Source: Macrostomum lignano (Eukaryota). Taken from it: a stretch of 64,000 bases of DNA. The notes under the pieces were generated by a model, which was not told the origin of the DNA, did no database searches, and was given only the letters and a program-made list of their open reading frames with translations. This document shows positions 38,235-49,749 of this stretch, one piece after another (position 1 is the stretch's first letter; the number at the start of each line of letters is the position of its first letter). Where the stretch lies: positions 30,612-94,611 of the forward strand of contig NIVC01003503.1 in NCBI GenBank assembly GCA_002269645.1, in the 5' to 3' direction. Position numbers and translations under genes: made by a program.

Positions 38235-38619
38235 ATAAAACTTAATTTGATTGGTTGAAATTAATTATAACAAAAATAGTTTACGAAATTTTAACAAAGT
38301 ATTAAACTCCATTGGCTGAGATTATTTAAAACAAAACAATTTAGGGATTTAAACAAGGAAATTCACTGATTGGCTGAGTAAAAATAGCTCATTAAACCCG
38401 CTTAAAACTACTATTAGTAAGAATAAAATATCGACCCTATTACAGCTGGCTTCTTCCCTTAATTGGATTTTTGAATTAATTATGTGTGAAAAATACAAAT
38501 TACATGAATAATACTATAAGTAGCATACGAGAACAATACAGATACTCAGCACTATAACACAAATTACGCAAATGAATAGCATGAGTGAGCTAAATATTAA
38601 AGGAAAATCGCATCATAGC

Positions 38620-38900
38620 ACAGATTAAGCAATATGAATAAGTACAGATTAAGCAAATGAATAAGTACAGATTAAGCAAATGAATAAGTAAAATAGCACA
38701 GATTAAGCAATGTGAATAAGTACAGATTAAGCAGATGAATAGTACGGTAGCATCATAGCACATATTAAGCAATATGAATAAGTACAGATTTAGCAAATGA
38801 ATAAGTACAGATTAAGCAAATGAATAAGTACAGATTAAGCAAATGAATAAGCAAAATAGCACAGATTAAGCAATGTGAATAAGTACAGATTAAGCAGATT
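38620..38900. repeat. ~23-bp tandem repeats between the accessory ORF and the PPT
   Basis: Unit AATAAGTACAGATTAAGCAAATG. Confidence 0.85.
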
Positions 38901-38908
38901 CATGAGTG

Positions 38909-39562
38909 TCAGCAAAAATGTGAATTACGCCTATTACCTATATCCATACCGAATTCTGTTGGCAAGAAGCTGTTCTTGACTGGCCATCCCAACTTGTCGG
39001 CCATCCAGCAGACCTCGAACCGCAGCTGTGCCTGCTGGTAAAACCAAGCCGACTGGGTGAGATCGTGCAGAGCGTACGTAACAGCCTTTCGCCAGGCCGC
39101 TATACACTGCTCATGCGTAAAGTTGGCCTGAAGATCCTCGATTGCCGTTTCTGGCTCTTTGGTTTGAGGCAAGAAGCCTCTCCCATCTATTCTAAGCAAA
39201 GCCACGCTGAGCAGGTAAGACTTGATCTTCATGATGGCCTGCTTGTATGGTTCTTGAAGATGAGTCGGGACTTCCTGCAGCACAGCCGTGAAATTAGCCC
39301 CCAAGGCCATTGGGTTCTGCGACCGGTGGCTTCTTGGTGTCACTGCCGAGGCTGCCTGCATTCCAACGGCCGGGGCCTGAGGCTGCGCCGATGACGTACT
39401 TTGCGATGACATGACTGTTGGCTGCGGCCGTGACTGCTGTCGCGGCAGAATGGATCTAGGCTGTTTGATGGTAATAAACTGAGTCGCGTTCGCTCCTGGC
39501 GGCTGTCGCTTGCGAATGCTGTCGCTTATTTTGACTGGTCTGTTGACTTGATCACGTAGCAA
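38909..39562 (-). CDS. Gypsy accessory ORF3-like protein, 217 aa, uninterrupted
   Basis: Q/P/S-rich N-terminus; C-terminal ...AIMKIKSYLLSVALLRID...QLRFEVCWMADKLGWP... resembles the 11696-12000 domain. Confidence 0.65.
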   Translation of the reverse strand: MLRDQVNRPVKISDSIRKRQPPGANATQFITIKQPRSILPRQQSRPQPTVMSSQSTSSAQPQAPAVGMQAASAVTPRSHRSQNPMALGANFTAVLQEVPTHLQEPYKQAIMKIKSYLLSVALLRIDGRGFLPQTKEPETAIEDLQANFTHEQCIAAWRKAVTYALHDLTQSAWFYQQAQLRFEVCWMADKLGWPVKNSFLPTEFGMDIGNRRNSHFC

Positions 39563-42500
39563 TGACGCTCGAGCCTGCGGATTATGCGGTACGACCTTCT
39601 GTGCTGCCGGCCGTATTACCGAAAGTCTAGCGTTCTCCGAGGATCAAGGGTGTCCAGCAGTAGCTAATTCACTCCTCTAATGCCTAATCTCCTAGCGCCT
39701 AATACCTATTATTAGCCAGTACGGCTTTCTTAGAGTCTGTACGACCTTAAATTTCTCCTTATTTTTAGACCTCTATCTTGGATCTCCACGACCTCTGGTT
39801 TCTCCCTATTCTGATCCCTAGTTCTGGGTCTCCACGACCTCTGGTTTGTCCCTATTCAGATCCCTAGTTCTGGGTCTCCACGACCTCTGGTTTCTCCCTA
39901 TTCAGATCCCTAGTTCTGGGTCTCCACGACCTCTGGTTTCTCCCTATTCTGATCCCTAGTCCTGTATTCGTACAAAGAACTAAGACTCGCGGGTTTCAAC
40001 TTACGTTTGGTTTGAATGTCAAACGCTGCTTCTCCGATTGAGAGCGAGCTCGCGAAGATTCGCGGAAGAGCAAGCTACTTTTATTTTTGGTAAATTGTTT
40101 CGTTTATATAGGGGATAAAACTTATTTTGATTGGTTGAAATTAATTATAACAAAAAAGTTTACGAAATTTTAACAAAGTATTAAACTCCATTGGCTGAGA
40201 TTATTAAAAAAAACAATTTAGGGATTTAAACAAGGAAATTCACTGATTGGCTGAGTAAAAATAGCTCATTAAACCCGCTTAAAACTACTATTAGTAAGAA
40301 TAAAAGATCGACCATATTACACTAAATCTCTAATATTTGTATGTTTGTCCATAACGCTCTAGAGACTTGACTTACTAAATCTTACAGTATCTGTCTTACC
40401 CATATTTTAAGATCATTTAAGATCGTATAAGTATTGATTTAGAGTTTCTTGCCAGATTATGTCAGATCTTGTAAGATAGCAACAGATCTTGTAAGACGGC
40501 TAGCAGATCTTGTACGATATAGCTACCAGATCTTATATGAATTCGTAAGATATCTACATGTATTTTTTAATGGTTAGTGTTTAATCCAGTTCAATAAATT
40601 CATACGGTTCGGTTCGCAAAAGAGCAAAAGATCTGATCTGATGTGCCTAGATGCAAGATGCAAACTTAAGCTATCTATGACTAAAATACTCACCAATTCA
40701 ACTCTGTTGCCAATAAAATAAACAGTGAAAGAAAATACTGCAAATGTCTTGTTTTTTCAATTAAATTGTAATTTAGATGATTATTGGGTTAAATGTAGAA
40801 TATATAGTTAAGATTGAAAAGTCAAAGTCAAAAAGGCTTCATAGTAATCGCAGCCTATGTTATCAGCAAAGCACAATTAATTTTCCATAATTCAAAACAA
40901 ACCAAAAAAACTTAACATTTACTTCAATAATATGTATACAAAGAAAGGATGAAATCGCAGTCCAGTATTGCATTATAATTTATGGTTTAAATTTCAAGCA
41001 GTTTAAGCAACTGTTTCAACTCCCAGTAATATAAAAATAATAAAGTTAATATAAAATAAATAGGTAACTTACTGTTACAGACGCAAATGAGCAGTAAAAC
41101 AAGAAAAAAATATTCTCAGTATTACAGAAATCCTTTAAGTAGGAAAATTGCTGTGAAAAAACAAGATGTACACTTTACAGTAATGGCAGTACAAATTAAA
41201 CTTCATTCATGAAGTTACCATGATAGCGCTTAGAATTATACATATAGGTAGCACATTGCACTTTTGTAGCAAAAAACTACAGGTACACAAGTTAAAATGT
41301 CTAGATAAAATGGCACGCTTTAGGAGCAGGTTGCATCTGCAAGATGAAAAGAATTTTATTTTATTTTATATGATAAAAAGTATATCTGTGCTTTTTAAAA
41401 AATCTATAAATGATAAAACAATTGATCTATAAATTCTACTTTTTTAATAAAAGTTCAACTACTTCATAAAGCATAAGCTGTTGTAATATTGATTCCTATA
41501 GAATTAAAACCACAAAACTGAAACCCATGCCCATAGAATAGAATTCTACTAAATTCAAATCATTGTAATTATTTAGGGACTCAAATCTCTTTTATAGCAT
41601 ATCCATTTTTTACAGAATCTCTTTTCCCTATTGTTTTCTTTTTTATAAAAGCCTATTTTCTCTATAGAATTTCCTTTTTTCTTACAGAACCTTTTCTACT
41701 TCTCATAGAACCCTTTCTCTACAATAGAATCACCTCTTTCTTTTCCATAGAACCCCCCTTTTTCTTGCACACAATAAAGACAATATAATAGTTAATGGAA
41801 AAACTGTATTATTTGCACTAGACTAATATTACAATATTAATATAAAAAAAATAATATAAAAGTATAAAATAATTTGTAAATAACCTCATGTTATCAAGAA
41901 AGCAAATATTCAAAATGCATAGATCCATTATTTTGTAATTAAGAATTCAAACTTAGAAATATAAAATATATAAATATAAAATATAGAATTTAAGCTATTT
42001 ATAATTATAATGCCTAGCTAGTAGCTACCAGCCTAGGCCCTACAGCTACCATGAACTTGATAAATAAAATAATTTTTTTGTCAGACCACTCTGACCTGAA
42101 CATGAATAGACAATTTTGAGGTTGAATGCAAGGGTCATTAGGCATTTATTACCAAGCTAAACATTTAAAATAGATCGGCCTACTCTAACATAGTAATTAA
42201 GCTCTTGAATCACATTCACATAGGACAAAGTCAATATTCGTTCTTCTCTAAACAACATGAAGTACTAATCTTTCTCGGGTTCTTTAAGATGTTCCTGGAA
42301 ATTGAACCCGCTGCTCCTGAAGTAGCTAGATAGCACCGTTGTACTAACTATCGATTTGCCTGAAAATGGGCTTAAAACGTTAGGCCTGACTTGGTAGGGT
42401 TGCTGCCACCTTGGTGCGCGGACTCGACGCGTCGGCAGAGTTGTCTATCCGTCACCTGAAATAAAATAACGAAGTCGCTCGGAGCAAAGGCAAATCTGAA

Positions 42501-42880
42501 AAATGTCTCGACAGTCGATCGTCTTAGTAGAATGCTGCTCGAACTTGAAAACCTGTAAAACCTGAAATGAGAGGAGAGCTCGGAGGCAGAGGCAGCTCCA
42601 GTCGAGCCCAGGCAGGACGACGCGAACTGGAGAAAATGGCTCGCAGATGCTCCGTATTTATAGCCGAGCGGACCCCCAAAAGTCACGTGAGTTTCATGCG
42701 GCGAGCGCGTGAAACTTTCTTATTTGGTCACTAAAATCATGCGAACGACGCGTGATTCAAGGCCAACTTCCAAATAAGGCAACCCTGTCACGCAGCAGTG
42801 GCGTGACTCAAGGTTAGTGGCCACGCACAGCATGCGTGCACAGTCACGTGCTTTTCTGTGCTAAAAATAGAACTTGGGTG

Positions 42881-43016
42881 GATGAGTCATCCTGTTTACT
42901 CCCTCTAGGCAGCCCTTACACTCCGCGCAGGTGATGAGTCATCCTGATACGCCTCCTCAGCGCGAGTGGGAAGACATTGAGGTGGCTGCCCACGCCTGCT
43001 CAGGCGATGAGTCATC
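42881..43016. promoter_or_regulatory. Three identical GATGAGTCATC (AP-1/GCN4-type) sites in LTR U3
   Basis: Exact 11-mers at 42881, 42933 and 43006. Confidence 0.5.
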
Positions 43017-43552
43017 GGGCAGTAAACACTTAGGCCCAGCACAGGGTATCTCTCTCACTAGATCAGGTGGACTGAGCTACTGTGCAGCGGACCACAGCAC
43101 TCTTAGGGAAAACTAGTGAATGCTGCTGAATAACCAGTTAGCAGCCAGTCACTACACTCTCCCCGTCCAAATTAAATTGCAGCAGCGAAACGATGATTCA
43201 ATTTTATTTGAGAACAAAACGTTAGACTATAACAAGGCCACGCGAGTTGTATTTGGTATCAGTTGCAATAAAATGGCTACGAAAACAATTATGAGAGCGC
43301 CAGTCATAGAGGTGGTGTACTTCGGCGTAAAAGGCAGCGAGAATTGTACATATACGAGCTAGATGGTATGTAATTGTATTAAGGATAAATTGTAATGAGT
43401 TTAGATTGATTCAGCACCATATTGGATGATGAATGATATTGTAAAGAGAATGATTAGTTTTAAGTATTATTGCACGCTTTTGATTTGCATGATTTCTAGA
43501 TGTTATTTTAATTTTTTACACATTTAAATGGTGTTAATGATAATTGTTGGAC

Positions 43553-44728
43553 TTAACTGTCCAGGAGTTTTTTGCTAAAGGTTAGTACCGCACAAAGTGT
43601 TTTAGTTCTTCCGGGACCTGACCTCAAGAAAAACATCATTTTTAGAATTTCCAACTCCAAGGATGAATGCGGTGGTTGCGATGGGAGAGCGGCGACGGCG
43701 TGGCGGGCCACTGCGGCGATGGCCTGTCGCCGGGCTTCGGCGGTGGCTGCTAGAAAGTCGTCGCGTATCTGCACCGGCCACTTCCGGATCAGCCGTCCTT
43801 CAAGTCCGGCTTTCACGAGTAGGTCTGTCTGGAGGTTAATCGAATCCTCACTGACACAGGTCCGATGGCTGATCTGTGAAGTAGCGTCGACTTGCTGCGG
43901 TCGGGCCTTTAGGGCGGCGCTTATTGCGTCGGCTAGCTCGGTGCGAGAAAACAGCCTTGGAGGCGATGGAGCCTGAGATGGATGACGGAAACGAGGCCTC
44001 GGCGGCGTAGGCGGCGTCGGATAATCGTCGAGGTTAATTGCGTCCGGCTGAGGCGGCGGCGTAAGCACTCATAGGTGGAGCGCCGGCGGTGACGAAGCTG
44101 AAGGAGGCGGCGTGCGCAGCACGTCCTCCCGCGGATTTAGCAGGGCCGGAGGGTGCGCGCTGTGCGAGGCCTGCGCTCCAGAAGCCATCAGATCTTGAAT
44201 TGGAGGCAACAGGTCTCCGCCGGGTTCCTCTTGTAGAGAGCTACTCAAACTGCCTAACAGGTTGAGCAGCTCACCGTCAAGCGGCTGATTATCCTGAGTC
44301 CTACGCGATTGCTGATGGATGGGCGAGCTTTGGCTTGGCAGGTTTGACGCTGCTCCTTGAGGATCGGCTGTGGCTGGCAGGCAGGCATTAGATGAGATAG
44401 CTTGGGGCGGATCCAATCGAAGGCGGATGGCAGCTGCGCGCTCCCTAGCGACAGCGAGGCGATCGCAGAGTGACACGGGCTGTAGCGGAGCGAGCCGGCG
44501 CACCTCGATGCGTGGTTCTTGCCGGTGCTGCTCATTCCAGCGACTGCGGCACCTGCGCGTCGGGTCCTGGACCGGCGTCGGTATAACTCTCGATCGTCGA
44601 TGTGGCAGGGCAGGCCTGGTACGCTTACGCCCACTGGCCGGCGAGGGCTCGCGATCGCGCCTCTTCCTGTTTTCTTTGCCCGGCATTTTTTGGTTGGTTA
44701 TTTTGCTTTTCAGCGCTGGAACAGGCAC
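43553..44728 (-). pseudogene. Accessory ORF3 after integrase; one in-frame TGA at 44069-44071
   Basis: ORFs 44069-44728 and 43553-44068 are in the same frame and abut; Pro/Arg-rich N-terminus, C-terminal LELEILKMMFFL. Confidence 0.6.
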
Positions 44729-47700
44729 GAGGCCGGCGGCAAAAGTTGATTAACCGGCTCAGGTAGGACTTTAAATTTGGTTTAAGAACCAAGCGGTCAG
44801 GTTCCTTTTGAGCCCTAACTGGCCTGTCATTGACGGCCCATTCGACTTGACTGGTTGATGGCAAATTGGCCGACAAAACATGATTATTAGATGGCAAATT
44901 GGCCGACAAAACATGGCTATGACATTGATTATTCCTATCAGAGTCTAAGTTAATCCTATCGCTATTTCTATTTTCAGGTCGCCTCGACGGTTCGACTGTA
45001 GGAGCGGATGGAGCGTCGCAAAAATCACACGGCAGTGACTCAAGCTCAACTCTATTCTCCATAACTTCAGGTTCATGGATGCGGACTTCAGTTTGACGTG
45101 CGTCTGGCTGAGCAGCTGATCGGAGTCGCCAGCGATATGCGGGTCTCGTGTCCAGGTCTTCTTCCTTGTCAGAGTCCTCAGAGATGGCAGGGAGTGTCGC
45201 AGCTCCGGCGTCAACTTGTCGAACTCGGCGTTGATTCTTCGGGTCCGCTGGTCTTTCGAGATCTGCAATTGGATAGTCTGAAGTGGGCACAAGGAGGAGG
45301 TTCCGGCGATGCATTACCATCTCGTCCGGTCGTTCTAGAAAATGTCGAACCTTCCGTCGAATCTTGTAGACGACTTCTCCCTTGCTTTCCACCACTTCAT
45401 ACAACGATCTTCTTGGCCTGTGAAATTTTGCAGCTTCGTCTTTGTGTAGGACCGGGTTGTTCAAGAAGACGAGATCTCCCGGCTGTAGCTTCTTAGCTGC
45501 GGGTCGGTTCTCGTAGTGTTCGTCTCGCGCTTGCTGATGCAGGCCTAGCCGTTCCTTGGCGAGGTCCGTGGCGTGCTTGAGGCGTTGCTGAAACTCTGCG
45601 ACGTAATCAAGCAGGTTTGCATACTCCGGGAGTAGCTTCAATGAATTGTCGAGAGGCATCCTGTATTCTCGGCCGTAGACTAAGAAGTACGGTGTATAGC
45701 CTGTGACTGGATGAACGCTGGATCGAAAAGCAATCATGCACGCTGGCAGGATTGTGTCCTAATCGCGGTGATCATGCTCGAGGAGACATGTCAGAATGCT
45801 CTTGATCTGCTTGTTCAAATTTTCTACAAGTCCGTTGGATGCTGGATTGTACGGCGTCGTTGTCGTGTGCCTGATCGCGTAGAGATCACAGAACTTCTTG
45901 AAGGCGTTTCCTGTAAAGTTCGTACCTTGGTCAGTATGTATCCAGGCTGGAACTCCGTATTCTGGAATGAAACGGTCCTGAAGTAATCGGAAAACGGTTT
46001 TAACCTTCTGATTTCTCATCGGATAAGCTATCGGAAACTTTGATGTCGCACAGCAGAGTGTCAGGATGTACCGATGACCTCTTTTGGACGGTTGCGCAAT
46101 TGGTCCAATCACATCCATGTGAAGTCTTCCAAAAACTTTGCAGACTGGAAAACTCTGTACTGGCACTTGCTGTTTTCGTCCTGATTTGCTCTCTAGGCAG
46201 GTTCGGCATTTGCTGACGTAGGTCTCAATAGCTCGGACTAGACCTGTTCGCCAGAATCTTTTGCGCACTCCTTGGGCGGTCTTTCGCTGTCCTTGGTGTC
46301 CTGCTAAAGGCGAATTGTGGAGCTCGTTAAAAACTTCGTTGTCGAGAGCTACTGATAAGACAATCTTCGGTGGAGTGTCTTTTTCCGTCATGTTGATCAT
46401 GAGTAGATCTCGCTCGAGGAATAGTAACTCGTAGTATCCAAGCAGGTTTCGTTGCTCCCTGCTAAGTCGTAATCGATCGTCAAACGCTGGTTTCGGTTGA
46501 TTCTCCTTGATCAACTTGTAAATGTAGCCAATAGCTGGGTCATCCTGTTGAGCTTTGATAAGCTTGTCGCGCGGCAATGGCGGCTTCAGATGATCCGTAA
46601 GCAATGCTCGGCAGCGCGGCAGACTTTGAGAAGTTGCGAGCTGGGGAGATGCTTCAGCTGTACGTACTCTGTTCTCCTCGTATGCAGAATTCGTCAACTC
46701 TGCATAGGAACGCGTCGGTTTCGGCGTAGGACGAAGGCGCGTCATGGCGCAAGACATATGGTCCACGCGTTGATAATGGGTGGTCGGCTGCAGGCTCATG
46801 GAAGAGCAACGAGACGGCTCGACCTGCTGAGTCTGTCGGCTCATGGAAGAGCAGCGGGACTCCTCAGCGGTAAATTTTCGTTCGAGATCTGAGCAGTGGC
46901 GCTCGACTGGGAGGGCTTCTGGAGCGGTGGCCTCCGAATCTTCGTCCAAGTCAGTCTCCAAACTCTGTAGGTAAACATTATGTCTGTCATTGTAGAGGGC
47001 TGAGGGTACAGTGGCCTCTCGAACTTCATCCAGGCTAGTCTCCTTGAAATGACGGCGCGCGTGGGTGACTCGGCAAAGGGCTGCTGGTGCGGTGGCCTCT
47101 GTGTCTTCATCCAAGCTTGCTGTCTCCTGGCTTTGACGTGAACAGTGGAGAACTCGGCAGAGGGCTGCTGGTGCGGTGGCCTCTGGTTCGTAGTCCAAGT
47201 CGGTCTCTGCCTCTGGATCGCGATTGTAGACCTTGGTTGAGAAGGCTGCTGGTGCGGTGGCTTCTGAATCAATGCCCGGATCAGTTTCTTTAATGTGGCG
47301 GCACTCACACTGAGTGGTGTCTCCTGTCTCCTCGCGGTGGCAAGCCAGGACAGCGTCGACGTATTGGAGTACTCCGTAGTCGCATTCTAACGGAGGCGTG
47401 TCCGGGCGTCTGGATAGTGCTTCGGCGTTGGTGTGGTCAGTACCCTTGCGATGGGAGATGGTGAACTGAAATTCGCTGATCCTTTGGACCCATCGACCTA
47501 GAATCCCTGTAGATTCAGTCTGACGTAACAGCAAGAGCAAGGCCTTATGGTCACTTCTTACTTCGAATTTCTTTCCTATTAAATATTCTCGAAAGTGTCG
47601 CATGGCATCGATAGCCAGTAGCTCCCGCTTGGTGACCGTGTAGCGAACTTCCGGGTCACGGAGCTTGCGACTGAAAAAGGCGATCGGTCGTTCTATTCCA

Positions 47701-49070
47701 TCGGATTGTAGTTGTCCTAGACATGCACCGATTCGGGTGTCGGATGCGTCGGTATCCAGGATGAACTTGACCTTCGGATCCTCATTGAACTCTGGGAGGG
47801 CGAGTACTTCGGTTGAGCATAGCTTGCTCTTCAGAGTCTCAAAGGCAGTCTGGTGCTGCTGCGTCCAATGGCGCTGGAATCCTTGCAGGTCCTTACGTGT
47901 CAATGCGTACAACGGGGCAGCAATGCCCGAGTAATCCTCGACGAACTTCTTGTAGTAATTGGCGAGACCAAGAGAGCTTCGTAGTTGACAAACAGTCCGA
48001 GGCGTTGGCAAACTGCATATCTGCGCGATCTTGTCTTCACTGGTTCGTAGGCGTTCCGGCGTAATCACGTGGTCTAGATAATGGAGCTCATTCTTAAATA
48101 AATCGCAGTTCTTCGGTTTTAGCTTCAAGTTGGCGGCTATAATTCGATTTAGGACTTGTCGTAGACGGTTTAAGTGATCTTCGAATGTCACTGCGTGTAC
48201 AACGATATCGTCCATGTAACCAAGAGCGGCCTGTGGTGCTAGTCCATCAAGCAGTTGGTTGATACAACGTTGGAACGATCCAGGGCTGTCGGTGAGTCCC
48301 ATTGGTAGCACCTTGAAGCAGAATTGTCCACGATCGAGCACAGAGAAGGCAGTGATGTCCTGGTCTTCCTCCCGGAGAGGGATCTGGTAGAAGCCTTGTA
48401 CCAGGTCGAAGCTTGAATACCACTGAGCTCCTTTCAGTTTGGCGAAGGTTTCCTGAATGTGCGGGATCGGGTACGGGTGCTTCAGCGTCACATCATTGAT
48501 CGCTCTAAAGTCGTGCACAATGCGAATCGTCTTGTCCTTCTTTAGTACTAGCATCATTGGCGAATTGTAGCTGGAGTACGTTGGCCGTATGATGATTCTT
48601 CAGCATATCATCAAGCATCTGATCCAATTGCGGTTGTAGATGCGGAGGTATCCGGCGATGAGGAATCGCGATTGGCGTCGAGTCTGTGAGCACCATCTCA
48701 TGCGTTACCAGGTGTGTCAGTCCGTGGTCCAACGGAGATAGGGAGAATGCCTTCTCGCATTCCTTGAGTACTTCTTGAACCTGGCGCCTCTGGTGGCTGT
48801 TCAGCTGGTCTCCGACGTCGACCTCGTTGATCCAACTGTCAGTCGTTTCTTCATTCGTTATCAGTTGACGGACTCATTCGACTCGCTGAAGTACTCCCAT
48901 TAGCATGTTGCGACGCAAGTGAACCTCTGTATCTGATGGGTTGAGTACTTCCATCACTCCTCGACCTTCTGTCATCGTGTGCAGGACCGGGCTGCGTCCA
49001 ACTGGTGATGCTTCGCTCGCAGTCCTGATTTGAGCGGTTCGATAATCATCGGTGAACCGTAGTTCTGCTG
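44625..49070 (-). pseudogene. pol: Gypsy pol (RT-RNase H-integrase), frameshifted
   Basis: RIVHDFRAIN, FDLVQGFYQI, PMGL, YMDD; RNase H TDASD...ELLA...SDH; integrase HNSPLAGH...C..C, LHMDVIGP, HTDQGTNF, NGLVEN; continues in 44625-45737. Confidence 0.95.
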
Positions 49071-49290
49071 ATGACCTTCGGCTAGCTTAATGGCGACGAG
49101 GCACATTGAGGCGGCAGAGTGCATTTTTCAGCGACGTACACTCGGCAGGCCTTCAGTTGACGTTGACGTCGATTCGGTGACGTTCTCCTTGCTTGCCGAA
49201 TTTCGTATCTCGAATCTCGAATCTCGAATGTCGTATCCCGAACCTCGAATGTCGTATCCCGAATCTCGTATGTCGTATCCCGAATCTCAA

Positions 49291-49310
49291 ATCTCACCGC
49301 TGTGCCACCA
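49291..49310 (-). other. Primer binding site resembling tRNA-Leu
   Basis: TGGTGGCACAGCGGTGAGAT versus the tRNA-Leu 3' complement TGGTGGCAGCGGTGGGAT as I recall it (2-nt insertion, 1 mismatch); abuts the 5' LTR. Confidence 0.65.
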
Positions 49311-49749
49311 GTAAAGTACTACTCCTTCTCGGGTTCTTTAAGATGTTCCTAGAAATAGAACCCGCTGCTCCTGAAGTAGCTAGATAGCACCTTTGTACTA
49401 CCTATCGATTTGCCTGAAAATGGACCTAAAACGTTAGCCTTGACTTGGTAGGGTTGCTGCCACCTTGGTGCGCGGACTCGACGCGTCGGCAGAGTTGTCT
49501 ATCCGTCACCTGAAATAAAATAACAAAGTCGCTCGGAGCAAAGGCAAATCTGAAAAATGTCTCGACAGTCGATCGTCTTAGTGGAATGCTGCTCGAACCT
49601 GAAAACCTGTAAAACCTGAAATGAGAGAGGAGAGCTCGGAGGCAGAGGCAGGACGACGCGAACTGGAGAAAATGGCTCGCAGATGCTCCGTATTTATAGC
49701 CGAGCGGACCCCCAAAAGTCACGTGAGTTTCATGCGGCGAGCGCGTGAA

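Larger units (their letters stand above)
37050..40321 (-). mobile_element. Non-autonomous LTR element carrying only an accessory ORF
   Basis: TG at 37050, CA at 40321, 4-bp TSD CTAA; left LTR 37050-38444 (with insertion); truncated right LTR ~39617-40321; PPT AAGGGAAGAAG next to the left LTR. Confidence 0.85.
42258..49747 (-). mobile_element. Defective Gypsy LTR retrotransposon (gag and protease deleted, 5' LTR truncated)
   Basis: 3' LTR 42258-43156 (TGAAGT...ACTACA); PPT GGGGAGAG at 43157-43164; PBS at 49291-49310; partial 5' LTR 49311-49747. Confidence 0.9.
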
